From the NCBI RefSeq assembly GCF_964204645.1, contig NC_134028.1, forward strand, positions 10,292,001-10,356,000: DNA of 64,000 nucleotides. The letters run 5' to 3'. Of this stretch, positions 11,301-23,433 are shown one piece after another. The first letter of the stretch is position 1. Each line of letters opens with the position of its first letter. The position numbers were made by a program, and so were the translations under genes. This DNA comes from Tubulanus polymorphus. Lineage: Eukaryota; Animalia; Nemertea. The notes under the pieces were generated by a model that saw only the letters and a program-made list of their open reading frames with translations, did not search any database and was not told the DNA's origin.

Positions 11301-13145
11301 CTTCTTTTGTCATAACTATTCTTTTATTTTTGTTTAATAATTCTGCAAAATCACTTTCTAATTCAATTATTTTGTAAAAAAATCATTAACTACATTTTCA
11401 CCTCTAAAAGAAATATATTGACTCTCATATAATTCAGATAATTTGATTTTATGTAAATTCCATAAGCAGCAGCTCTTTGATGAACTTTTTTAATTGTATT
11501 TATAATTGGTGGGTCTTGAATTATATCTTCATTTAGTTCATTTCCTTTATCCATTGATTTTAATAATTGCTTTTTGTTATATATTTCTTTTCTATCTTGA
11601 TCAGTTAATTCTTTATTCAACGATTCAAAATCCCCATAAATTACAAATGGAACAATATTTTTAATTTATGATTCGTAAATTTCAAATTATAATCTTTTTC
11701 TGTTGGCATTATTAATTTACAAAAATCTTTTTTATCACATAATTCTTTATGTTTTTTATAATGTATTCTCAGTCATAAATTTAGATAAACATTTTCTACA
11801 TAGATAAATTTTATGATGATGATCACTTTCTGTTCTAAAGAATAAATCAATTTGTTTTAACCACATATAATGTTCATTTTCATCTTTTTTGTAATATGAC
11901 AAATCCATAGCATTTTCATCATCATAATATTCTGTTAAATATAAAGCTTCCAATGTATAATCTTTAATATTTTCACCTTTTGTCTTTGGTAATTGCATTA
12001 ATTCGAATACATTTATTTTTAAATTATTAACTTTTTCTATTTTAGGAATCATTTTTATAGTTACTGGATATTGATCAATTTTATATAATGTTTCATATTT
12101 CCGGTTATCTGTTATTCTACAAACATTTTCCTGTGTTGGATGTAAGCAACTAATAATTGACCATATAGAAAACATTTATTATCTTCATTTTGAATATTTA
12201 TTACTGCTTTTGTTGTAAATGGTAATTTAATATAAGACGATGCTTTAATATCCTCCTTTTCTGTTGTAAAGTTTGAATCATTTTTAAACATTTTATTACT
12301 TTTTGATGTTTTATTTCTTTTTTGTATTATAAACATTTAAATCTAAAAATATAATTTCATTCAATGTTAAACCAGACCCCTCAAAATATCTTTCTTCAAT
12401 GTGAACCATGCAGAACCCTCAAAATATCTTTCTTCTTTAAATTCATTAAATATTTTTCTTACTTCTCTTTTATTTGTGTTTTTGAAATTATTTCTTCAGA
12501 GAGTGTTTGAATATTATAATCCATTTTATCTTCTGACTTTAAAAAACTTACTTTCCCAGAGATACTAATTTTTGGATATTCAACATCTGTTATCAATTCT
12601 AGTATTTTTTCTATCATTTCATTAAATTTACTATAATCTATTGTTGTACCTTTAAAAAATCTAAATATAACAGCTGCAGGAACAATTTTACTACGTAATG
12701 TTTCTAATATTTCAATTGTATCTTTTATTTCAAGTGAATCAATATAATTTCTAACATTTTCCATGTAAGGTTTATTTGAAATGGATTTAGTTTTTTAAGT
12801 TGGTTTTTTTACTTGTTGAGGTTTATCATCGAAATAATCTTTTCCTAAAACATTATTACTCAAATTTTGAAGGTGTTTTTGTGATTCGAGATGTCTATTA
12901 TAATTCCTTTTTACTATAAATTCATTACAAACTTCACATTTTATTTCATTCACATTCATATTTTCTAATCGTTCTTTTCTTTCATTGGAATTTTCTGGAG
13001 TTTCAAAATCTATCACATTTTTTATATGATTTGCAGATTTTTCATGTCGTGATTTTTGGGATTTATCGATGTATTTTTTACAATATTGGCAATAATATTG
13101 ATTTTTATTGACATTATTGTTTTCTGTATGTTGTTCATTCTCCAT
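8391..13145 (-). pseudogene. polB: Protein-primed DNA polymerase B with intein (fragmented)
   Basis: Motifs YGDFES, FHNLSGYD, YIDANNLYGWAM, KLMNHSFYGK, YFD/TD, KKLKGI and PFDDKR; N-terminal Zn fingers and OTU-like region; many frameshifts. Confidence 0.95.
8848..9581 (-). mobile_element. Intein (Pol-c site) with partial LAGLIDADG homing endonuclease, decayed
   Basis: Inserted between YFD and TD. Block A SVTADTPI, block B VDVTEDHSL, LAGLIDADG FIKGFFMGDGSA, blocks F/G LSTEDGTFICGFPLIAKN followed by Thr. Absent from the pPolBs of B and C. Confidence 0.93.
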
Positions 13146-13230
13146 TTATAAGGAAAAAAAATTACTTGTGGTGATGAGTGTTGTCTCGACCTCTCGACCC
13201 CTTATCTGAAAGCCCACTTTTCCAATTACT

Positions 13231-13305
13231 GTCATGCATAGTTTTAGTCTCGCAAAGTGCATAGGTCTTCGGTCTTCGTTTTAGTAGTGCATAGTTTTAG
13301 TATCA
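13231..13305 (-). repeat. Copia 3' LTR remnant, cut by Polinton A
   Basis: Starts TGATAC immediately after the polypurine tract (13306-13320). Confidence 0.6.
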
Positions 13306-13472
13306 CCCCACCCCCCTTAAACTTATGTCGGTAACGTTACAGCGTATATAATGTAATGAAATCTGAGTTACAAAATGTTATTCTAAGATGTATATAATAA
13401 ACCATAAACTACTGCTATGAATGAGCAGTATGACCAATAGTAATCATAATATTCAAATTCAAATACAGTTAT

Positions 13473-14881
13473 CTATACGACAGACATTGCATCGAGAAAT
13501 TTTATCAATTTGGTTCTATTAACAGGCTTCGTAAAAAGATCAGCTAAATTTTCCTCTGAAGGAACGTATTTCAAGATGACCCCACCACTACGCACTTCGT
13601 CTCTGACAAAGTGAAAACGAATATCGATGTGTTTGGATCGTTGGTGATGTCCTGGGTTATTGGCCAATGCCAACGCACCTTGATTATCTCCATACAATAA
13701 GACTGACCTATTTTGACGAGTGTTTACAAACGATAAATTCCCGAGTAACTGACTCAGAAACTACGATTCCTGTACCGAGCCAGCGAGTGCCATAGACTCG
13801 GCCTCACACGTAGATCGGGCAACTGTTTGTTGTTTCCTGCTTTTCCAGGATACTGGCGCACTATTATCAACTAGACTGAAACAATAACCGGTTATACTGC
13901 GTCGATCAGGAGAAGCTCCCCAGTCGGCGTCGCAGAAACCAACTAGACTTATATCATCTTCTGATTTCGAATACCAACCCTTTATGTCTGGTTCCCTTCA
14001 AATAACGAAGAACATGTTTCGCTTTAATCAAACAACCGACAGTTGGGTTTGACATGTTCTGCGATAGTTTCGTTACTGGGAAGCTCAGATCCGGCCTCGT
14101 GCTAGTCGTGGTATAGATTAGGCTTCCAACAATCTCGCGATATTCTTTGATGTCATTACCCGTTAATAAAGGGTCTTCATCTTCTGTGATCTTGTAACCA
14201 CCTAATTCACAGGGGATGGACCTTGGCTTTGAGTTTTCCATCTGAAACCTTTTAAGAATCTTGTCAATATAGAGAGTTTGGTTCATCGAAAATGAATGTT
14301 GCTTGTGGGAAAACTCAATGCCTAGGAACCACGACAGGACTCCCAAGTCCTTCATTTTAAACCTATTGCTAAGGCTGGCTTTAATTTCCTCTAAAGCAAC
14401 CTGGCTATCAGCAGCCACAATTTTTTTTCCTCCACAACGGTTTTTGAATCAATAGTGTATCTGGTATAGACACAACTGTCTACTAACGACCTTTAAAAAC
14501 CAAGAATTCATATAATGTAGTGTTCCAATTGTGCTCACTCTGCTTCAGTCCGTACAAAGACTTTTCTAACTTATACACCAATCGTTCACCATTTTTGCCT
14601 TTGACCGTAAATCCCTCAGGTTGTTCCATGAACAACTCCTTGTCTATAGGGGCATTTAAGTAGGCCGACTTTACGTCCATTTGGTGGACTAATAGATTAT
14701 GTTGAACAGCCAGTTGTGCCAGCACTCTAACTGACGTTAAGCGGGCAGTGGGTGAAAAAGTTTCACCAAAGTCCACACCGGGTATCTGCGAATAGCCCTT
14801 GGCAACATACCGCACTTTGAACTGTTTGTGACCTTCTGCATCACTTTTTAGCGCGTAGACCCATCGACCCCCCACTATTTG
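13473..14881 (-). pseudogene. pol: Copia reverse transcriptase and RNase H
   Basis: QMDVKSAYLN, KSLYGLKQ, MKDLG, YREIVGSL, DNQGA, KHIDIRFHF and ADLFTK. Confidence 0.93.
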
Positions 14882-17536
14882 CGGTTCCTGAACTTCGCTG
14901 AAAAAGCTGAAACACTGAAACGCTGAATCGCTGAAATAAAAACGCTGAAATTTCAGGGAATTTCCGAAAAACGCCGAAATTTCAGGGAATTCCCGAAAAA
15001 CGCTGAAATCGTGCTAGGTACCGACAATACACGTTTTGAAATAATTTCCGGGCCGGTATTCGCTGCCGAGTCCTGAACCGTCTTTTAGTCTCCACCTTCG
15101 GTTACAGAGACATGCATGGGCAGTATGTGTGGAGTATACTTCTAGAGGGCCACTTGTTGAACAAATTAATTCGCTTGAAATCCGGATTTTTAATGCATAC
15201 AGGCAGCATGATGAGGAAAACCCATTCACAAACCGTGCAAGCCAACTTAAACACTATGCTCAATATTCCAAGAATATGGGTTACTTCTATCGTTCATGTA
15301 TAAAACAGGATTATAAGCAACTTTTCTTTTGTCAACACGTTGATGGGCGACGGACTATGGTATTCTCTGAAGGAGGTAAATTAAATTTGACAGCTAATTA
15401 TATAAATGATGCAGCTTTTGGACAAAAGGGATCTAACTAAATTTCTTTTTAATTCACCGTGGAATGGAATGGATTGACGCCAATGACATGCAGTAGGCCC
15501 CTACTTATAGGTCATACTAATTAGCGTCAACCAATTAATCTAAATCGGGCAAACCATTCAACAACTGTAATTTATTTGCTGTGTTGTGATAATAATAGGT
15601 TGTTTTTTTTTAAATGACATACCAACTGTTAGAAAAATGTACCGATTCTTATTTTTAGACTACTACGGTATCTATAAAAGGAGGAGTCATAGATAAAGTT
15701 GATTTGCTCAGCTGGACACACTTCTTGTCAAGTACATCATCTCAAGTATTGGGTGTTTTGTAAGTTTGATTTCAGTATTTATTTACTAAGTGCTGTTCCC
15801 TCGGACCTCAGTGCTTTCAAACTAGGCCCACCCCATAGGCTATATCTCCAGAGTGTGTTAGCCACTATTCTTTTATTTCCTACTTTAAATGCACTTTTTT
15901 TCTATTTTTAGTCTCGGGCTAAGAATGTGCAAATTTGAGATACTGAGAAATCAGATGGCACTAGTTAACTTGAACTGCGAAATTTGCAGCAGGATAGCTG
16001 AACGACACAATTTTTAAAAACAAAATGGCTATTCGAATGCTATTTCAGTAATAACTTGATTCAACCAGAGAGAAATAAGTCAATTGGGGATGTACAGTAC
16101 ACCCACTTTACTTCCCCGTTTTCCTGGTACCAAATTTTTTATCTTAAGCTAAGCAATATTCTAAGGTATGCTAGTGAATTTCATTAGAATATAAAGCAAT
16201 GGAACCAGAATTCAAGCCCGAGTTAAGCGAACTATTGATTCTGATATAATGTAAGAACTGATTTCTTTTGTGTATTCTTATAATGTGTTAAGTATTATTT
16301 TAAGCTGTTAAATAATATAATTAGACAAACGTCAAATTATTGGATCTTTCTTGTTGACTCGTTTAATTTTGTGAGTTTAGAGTTCCAGTCAATCCACAAT
16401 GTGCAGTGCCTAGCCTTCATCTAGTACTAAAGCCAAGCCTGTGTATGGGAAAACGTTGTTCGACTCTCATAAGCCAGACAAATAAAAACTTGCAATACAT
16501 TGCAGATAGTAGTCTCCAGCAAGTAGACAGAGAAAGTAAACCAGGTTTTACCCCGTACCCTACCCGGCATCTTCACCTGTCAAGGGATTCGAACCCACTA
16601 CACTAAAGCTGTTCTCCGAACCGCTTGACCTCGAGTCGTTACTAGCCGACCAGAATCAGGTCGGGCCAATCACAGCGCTTGTTACAAACGACATTTGGCA
16701 TCTATGGAATTTCCCGGTAAATGGACCAATCAGCGAACACGTAGCGAAAACGGAAGTATTGTCGCGTGTTGATATATGACGTCATTCGCTAAAACGCCGG
16801 TAATGAAATCGCGCGTCGTGGGGGCAGGTGGAAGCGAGTTTGGGAGCGATACTGGTCTCCTGGCAAGCGAGGATGCCTACCCGGGAACGAAAGACACTCC
16901 AAGGCTCCTTCCTTGAAGAGATTGTAGAAATATGGCACCCAATCGTAGTAATGCTAAGTACAGTATACTATGACGGTTGAACCTTTATTCACACCAAAAT
17001 AGAATCAAAGTAGTCATAAGTTCCATGATAGCACTTAATTTGGGTTATCAGGTTCAGCCTTACTAGCTGTACTTTCATTCAGCTACTACTTTTGTATGAG
17101 ACTTGGCAATGATAAGTTGGAAGAAATCACCAAATATAAGAAAAAATATTGAGAATTAATATTACTGTAATTAAGAATTTATTCAAATGAAGTGATAATT
17201 TCATTGTTAGATCGTACCGGTATATGCGCATAAAACAAAAAACACATCTAACAATCCACGCAATCCGCAATCGATCAAGTCGAACATGACGACGACCTCA
17301 AGGCATGTCTCTGTAACCGAAGGTAGAGTCTAAAAGACGGTTCAGGACTCGGCAGCGGACACCGGCCCGGAAAGAATTTCAAAACGTGTATTGTCGGTAC
17401 CTAGCACGATTTCAGCGTTTTTCGGGAATTCCCTGAAATTTCGGCGTTTTTCGGAAATTCCCTGAAATTGCAGCGTTTTTATTTCAGCGTTTCAGCTTTT
17501 CAGTGTTTCAGCTCTTTCAGCGAAGTTCAGGAACCG
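14882..17536. mobile_element. Non-autonomous MULE/Foldback-like DNA transposon
   Basis: ~230-bp TIRs (CGGTTCCTGAA...) with GCTGAAA subrepeats; 9-bp TSD CACTATTTG at 14873-14881 and 17537-17545. Confidence 0.88.
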
Positions 17537-19260
17537 CACTATTTGCCGACCATGTGGTGCCGGCGTTAACGTAAACGTTTTGTTTTCTTCCAGTGCCAGA
17601 AATTCATTTTCCATGGCTTTCTGCCACGCTGGAGCATTTTCAGAAGACATAGCTTCATCGTAAGAATAAGGAACATCAATTTGGGACATCGCGTAAATGA
17701 AATCAATAGTACTACATATATTCACATAATCATTATGATCGTTTTCTGTGACGAAATCTTCAAGATAGCTTGGTCTTGAACTCATCCTCTTGGGATATCT
17801 ACGATTCTGGATTTCGATATTTTCATTGCTGGATGATTTTTCAGCGTTAACTGGGGTGTTACCTATGTTTGGTGTGTTAGGTACACTCTCGATCTGACCG
17901 TTTGAGTTTTGATCCCCTTTCTCATTCTCTATGGGTATATCTTCTATATAATCGGTTGGCATAATATCTACTCTATCGTCAAACTTTACACACCTTACTT
18001 TTTTGACATTTCCGTCACTAGGGTAATAAACTAAAAACGCCGGACTCGATCGGTCATACCCGATAAATATACCCTGATCACATCTTGCATCAAGTTTGCT
18101 TTTATCCTGCAGGTACGCATAGCATGTACAACCAAAAATGTGCATATGGCTAAGGTTACGTTTTCGACCTGTAAGCACCTCGTAGGTTGTTTTATTCAAT
18201 CGTTTATTCAAACAACGATTTCGGATATAACACGATGCTAGGACTGTGTAAGACCACAATTGCTTGGGTAAACGAGATTCCAACAATAAGCAGCGTGCCA
18301 TTTCAAATAACGACCGCCACGCCCTTTCTGCTGTTCCATTCTGGTGAGGCGAATGTGGCGAGGATTTTTCATGCCTGATTTTGTTTTCAATAAGGAACGA
18401 TTCAAAATCTTTTGAAATAAATTCACCACCATTGTCTGAACGAACACTTTTCACCACGCCAAGCTAACCATATGGTGATATATCAGCCAGAAAGGTCTTA
18501 AAGGCCTGTAACGCCTCACTCTTTTGTTTAATGAAGTATACTGACAATATGTTTGAGTAATCGTCAACACAGACAAGTGCATATCTAGACCCGTCTCTAG
18601 CTGGAGGGTGAATGGGACCCGCTAAGTCACAATGGACCATCTGAAATGGGACCTTAGCTCGTTCGTCTGGTTCCCTACTTCTATTTTGGGTCATTTTACC
18701 TAAAATACAATCTTTACACGTTATATCTTTCCCAGAACCTGAGAATTTCATACCCGTTACAGCTATTTGCAATTTGAGTATATCCTGAACATTGCAGTGA
18801 CCCAAAATTCTATGCCACACAAGTAAACTGTGTTCATTCTGATCAGAGGAAATAGTATTACAAGCGTACATATAGTACAATCGACCACGTTTCGTAAAAT
18901 TAAATACAGTACCATTAGAAGCTGAAAGGCTACCAGAATTAGATTTAAACTGTTCATGTGCACCATTGGCCTCAATGGCCGCCTGAACTGAGAAGATGTT
19001 TTGCTTAAATGTAGGAATATATAAAACATTTTTTAAGACAACATTACATGTTCTACCCATTGAGTCGGTAAGCTGCACCCTTGCGTCTCCTCTACATTTT
19101 TCATTTGCGATCCATCTGCAAGCTCAATGAAATGATCCTCAGCGTTGAAACTTTTATCAAACGACACAAATTTTGATTCGTCATTTATTATGTGGCTCGT
19201 TGCCCCACAATCCACCAACAAACTGTTAACGTTGAGTATGGAGCTGGCAGAATCAACGGT
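17537..19260 (-). pseudogene. pol: Copia protease, GAG-pre-integrase and integrase
   Basis: LVDCGATSHI, WHRILGH..C..C, VHCDLAGP, VRSDNGGEF, QNGTAER and SKLDAR. Confidence 0.92.
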
Positions 19261-19301
19261 TATTCTGAAGTAGAAGTTGTCCCCGTCATTAACGGTGTCG
19301 G

Positions 19302-19913
19302 TTACACTTTATCGCGAGTTTTACGGCAGTATTTAGTGTCATGCGTTCTACATTTACAATTTTCACACCAACGCGAATTTTCCCTACGCGAATTTTCTCT
19401 ACAGTTCGCCACGATGTGTCCTGGTTTATTGCATCGGAAACACACCAACGATTGGCTATCCCCAGGTCTTACGCGACCGCGGGATGAACGATGCGCTGAG
19501 TTAACTAACAAAACACGATCTTCTTCAAAATTGTCCGATTGGGACTTATTGGTCTCTTCGTAATTACGCAATGCGACTTTGAAGTCGGTAAAAGACACGG
19601 TCTGTTCTCTTTGATTGATGGCGGTACAGAACGCTTTGAATTCGACGGGCAAGCCTTTAATTATCATCGCCACCAGCAAGCTATCGCTGATATTCTCCTC
19701 GGCCGATTTAAGAAATGCCGCAGCAGTTTCTTCCCGTGAAATGTAATCGGTTAAATTTTCATCGATACTTTTCTTCAGCGAGGTTAGCTCGTGATACAAA
19801 CTAATTATCTTCGGCTTACCTTTAGACAGATAGTGATGTCTCAGTATTGTTAGTCTTTTTGCCCCATCGTCCTTTGCCTCTCTAATGATCAAAGTCAAAG
19901 AACGGTCGTCAAG
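19302..19913 (-). pseudogene. gag: Copia gag, C-terminal part with zinc knuckle
   Basis: CFRCNKPGHIVANC knuckle; the N-terminal part lies at 22179-22369. Confidence 0.88.
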
Positions 19914-22178
19914 CGGTTCCTGAAATTCGCTGAAAAAGCTGAAATACTGAAACGCTGAAATGCCGGAAAGAAAACGCTGAAATTTCAGGGAATTTCCGAA
20001 AAAAGCTGAAATTTCAGGGAATTCACGAAAAACGCTGAAATCGTGCTAGGAACCGACAATACACGTTTTCAATTTTTTTTCCGGGCCGGGACCGCTTCCG
20101 AGTCCTGAACCTTTGCTTTAGTCTCTACCTAATTTTTGGTTATAGAGACATGCATAAACAGTATGTATGGAGAATCAAAACCCCACCACAACCACCAAGC
20201 AAACTTTAAACACTATGCTGAATATTCCAAGAATGTGGTTTACTTCTACAAGACGAAAAAATCTCATTTGAGCATTTCAATGTATATAAAATATGTATGT
20301 ATATAAAATACATGTATGATTATGATGTTAGAACCACTTTTCTTTTGTCAACACGTCAAACATGACTATGGGCGACTGTGGTATTCTCTGTTGGAGACTT
20401 GAGGTAAGTTAAATTTGATAGCTAGTTATAATGATGATGCGGCTTTTGGACAAAAGAGATTTTACTTAATTTCTTTTTAATTCATTGTGCGCATGGAATG
20501 GATTTAACAATTGCGAATAATTTATTTGCTGTGGTGAGAAAATCATCAGGTTTTTTAAAGAAATGACATAGCATCTGTTAGAAAAATGTAACAATTCCTA
20601 TTTTTAGACTATCTATAAAAGGAGGAATCATGGACCAAGTTGATTTGCTAAGATGGACATACAGATACCGAGAAAAGACTTCTTGTAGCAGCAGTGATTA
20701 TATTTCATTCATAAGTCAACAGCTGATGTACAGTAGTACCTCGCTTTACTTGGTTTTCCTGGGACCAAATTTGTAGCCTTAAAAGCTAAGCGATATTCCG
20801 AGGTAACGAAGGGGATTTCAATAGAATACGAAGCAATGGAACCAGAATTCAAGCCCAAGCTAAGCGAATCTGTGGCTTTAACGCTTGATTCGGATAAATT
20901 CAGAACTGATTTCTTTTGTGTATAATGTATAATCTATATCTCTTAAGCTGTTAATTAATATAGTTAGATAAACGTTCAATTATTGGATCTTTCTTGTTGA
21001 CTCGTTTCATTTTGAGGGTTTAGAGTTCCAGTGCCTAGCCTTCATCTACACAAAAAAATAAAGCCAAGCCTGTGTATGTGAAAATGTTGTTCGACTCTCA
21101 TAGGCCAGACCAATCGAGGTATGAATGCAGATGGTAGTCTCCAGCAACTTGAGAATGTAAACCAAGTTTTGACCTCTACCCGGGGACGACCCTTTAAGGC
21201 CTCTTTGTAGAAAATGTAGAAATATGAAACCAAATCTAAGCTATGCAAAGTACAATGACAATTGAACCTTTATTTACGAATTTCAATGACACCGAAAATA
21301 AAATCGAAATAATCAAATCTCGATGCTAGCACTTATTATGGGTTGTCAGGTTCAGCCTAACTGTACTTTCATTCAACTACTTCTTGTATGAAACGTGGAA
21401 ATGAGAAGTTGCAAGGAATAACCAAACAATAATAAAAACAATTGAGAATTAGAATTACTGTAGTTAAGAATTTATTCAAATGAAGTGAAAACTTCATTGT
21501 TAGCTCATACGGGTACATACATGTACATAAAACAATAACAACAATTTATATCATGATGCACAGACAAATGAAAGTAAAATATTATTTATTTATTTTCCAT
21601 TTTGGGGAAGCATGATGGTAGTTTTTGGAACTGATGCAGTTTTGATGAACTAATTTTTGGCTCGTAAGTATCATGCTATACAGTGTGTCCTGAACAATTA
21701 TTGTTCCTCCTGATTCAACTGAAGATTCCGACTCATGTCAAGGAAATGAGGTCCTCCATCAATCGAACAAAAGTTGAGCTCAGACCTCTCTCTCATTTGC
21801 CGAAATTATAGCAACATTTATGGGGGACCTCTTCTTCACTCTAGCTACTATGGTCCGGCCATACGCATCTTCAAGCTACTAACCTATTAATTGTGGTCTG
21901 ATGCCAGTTGAAAATGAAATGTTGAAGGGAGCCGAAGACAATGACCTTGTAGGCGTATCTCTATAACCCGAAAAATTCGGTAAAGACTAAAGCACGGTTT
22001 AGGACCCGGCAGCAGACACCGGGCCAGGAAAAACGTGTATCGTCGGTTCCTCGCACGATTTCAGCGTTTTTCGGGAATTCCCTGAAATTTCAGCGTTTTT
22101 CTGGAATTCCCTGCAAATCTCAGTGTTTTATTTTCAGCGTTTCAGTGTTTCAGCTTTTTCAGCGAATTTCAGGAACCG
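19914..22178. mobile_element. Second MULE/Foldback-like element, same family
   Basis: Same CGGTTCCTGAA TIRs and diverged shared interior; 9-bp TSD GTCGTCAAG at 19905-19913 and 22179-22187. Confidence 0.88.
21776..21905 (-). mobile_element. 130-bp deletion derivative of the 2413-3391 family
   Basis: Same two termini in reverse orientation; 4-bp TSD AGTT at 21772-21775 and 21906-21909. Confidence 0.7.
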
Positions 22179-22369
22179 GTCGTCAAGGCATATGCCTCGG
22201 CTTTCTTGCTCGCTAGCTCATCGCCTTGTAGGGCGGAAGTTCCGGTTATAACCTCGTGCAATTTTTGTATCTTCATGTAGCCCATGAATTTAACTTCCCA
22301 AAGTTCGTATTTTCTGTCATCGCCATTGAACATCGGAGCGCGCGTCCTGGGCCCATAACCTGTTGCCAT
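22179..22369 (-). pseudogene. gag: Copia gag N-terminus
   Basis: MATGYGP...FNGDDRKYELWEVKFMGYM; the ATG lies in the LTR end and the ORF reads through the PBS. Confidence 0.8.
22347..22360 (-). promoter_or_regulatory. Copia primer-binding site (internal tRNA-iMet type)
   Basis: GGTTATGGGCCCAG directly after the LTR-terminal CA. Confidence 0.85.
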
Positions 22370-22597
22370 CTTTAGGTCACGGTCTCGGGATGATGACGGA
22401 TTACTCAAATATACGAGAGGAACAAAGACACCAACACAATAACGACTGTGTCCATTGAGAGAGAGAACAAAGAGAGTTTTTATTTTACCAATATAGCGTT
22501 AGGTGGCAGCACTTCTCATAGTACCATCTTTACATATACAGTGTTGCACAAAACAATACATGGACAATAATACAGAAACATGAGTTTATATCATAAC

Positions 22598-23003
22598 AGA
22601 TAAAACCCACAATAAAAAGAAAACACTATCTTGTAGCTTAACGTTTCAACTCAATTCTATGAGCCATTTTCAAAAACTGATTTATTGTACAGTTAGAACA
22701 ATACAAAATATAGCAACAAGGTAACTAAGTGATCCCTATAGCTGTTAGTATATAGTGACTAAGGAGTTTATTTTGGGGGAGAAACCTAAATTGGAATTTA
22801 CTGTGAAGTCAGAGTTTTTTTTAGAATAATAGCTGACTCAAGGATTCGACATTTATATAAATCAGAACAAGGTTATATCAACTGGCTAGAGGAGAAGTCA
22901 AAAATATGGCCAGTTTCAAATGTGTGTGAAAAAATAGCACTTTGTGGTTTGGCATTTACGACGTCTTTTTGGTGTTCTTTTTTACGTATATTCAATGATC
23001 GTC
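22598..23003 (-). mobile_element. Penelope-like element copy 1: 3' pLTR and GIY-YIG C-terminus
   Basis: Reverse complement of ~61316-61720; continues at 41419 after Polinton B. Confidence 0.9.
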
Positions 23004-23433
23004 AGTAATAGGGATAATAGGGGTTCATACCAAAGGTCGAAAGGTCGAGCTCATAAAAAATGAAAAAATAAATTCTCGCACACTCGAATTTATTTTTTCA
23101 TTTTTTATGAGCTCGACCTTTCAACCTTTGATATGAACCCCTATTATCCATATTACTCTTAAAATATTCATATATATGAACATAATTTACATGAATTTCA
23201 TATAAGTAATTGGAAATTGTGGGTTTCAAGCCAGAGGTCGGAGGTCGAGCTATTATAGATACATAGATAGATATATTTTAAACATATTTCAATATTTATA
23301 TTTGTATGAGTTAGATTTTTAAACATTAAAAGTGTCAGTAAAGCGTGATTGAAATAATTCATATTCATATATATGAATAACATATAAATGAATAACTTCT
23401 AAAATCAATTTAGTAAAAAAATTTGATATTAAA
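23004..23433 (+). repeat. Left TIR of B, beginning with a 154-bp palindrome
   Basis: Reverse complement of 40672-41418 apart from the microsatellite; arms 23004-23075 and 23086-23157. Confidence 0.92.

Larger units (their letters stand above)
1..13230. mobile_element. Polinton/Maverick-like endogenous virus A (right part; left end outside window)
   Basis: Gene set homologous to elements B and C plus pPolB. It ends ...TTTTCCAATTACT at 13230, the reverse complement of an AGT-initiated terminus that matches the left end of D (61825). The end abuts a truncated copia 3' LTR. Confidence 0.85.
13231..22597 (-). mobile_element. Ty1/copia LTR retrotransposon, decayed, both LTRs truncated
   Basis: gag-PR-INT-RT-RH order. 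PBS GGTTATGGGCCCAG follows the LTR end ...CAACA (22361). PPT AAGGGGGGTGGGG precedes TG at 13305. Confidence 0.93.

Noticed and set aside
14882-15010. Regularly spaced GCTGAAA repeats resembling a CRISPR or iteron array
   Set aside because: They are TIR subrepeats mirrored at the other end of the element. There are no unique spacers and no cas genes, and the context is eukaryotic.
15129-15440. 103-aa ORF in the MULE-like element as a transposase
   Set aside because: No DDE or Zn-finger motif was seen, and the frame is not preserved in the second copy.
22998-23003. Polinton target-site consensus from flanks ATCGTC, CGTGTA, AACGTC and GTCATG
   Set aside because: There are too few sites, and only one is a confirmed duplication.
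23009-23026. TAGGGATAATAGGGGTTC resembles the I-SceI site TAGGGATAACAGGGTAAT
   Set aside because: The match is only partial and lies within the conserved viral terminus. Nothing supports a vector or homing-site origin.
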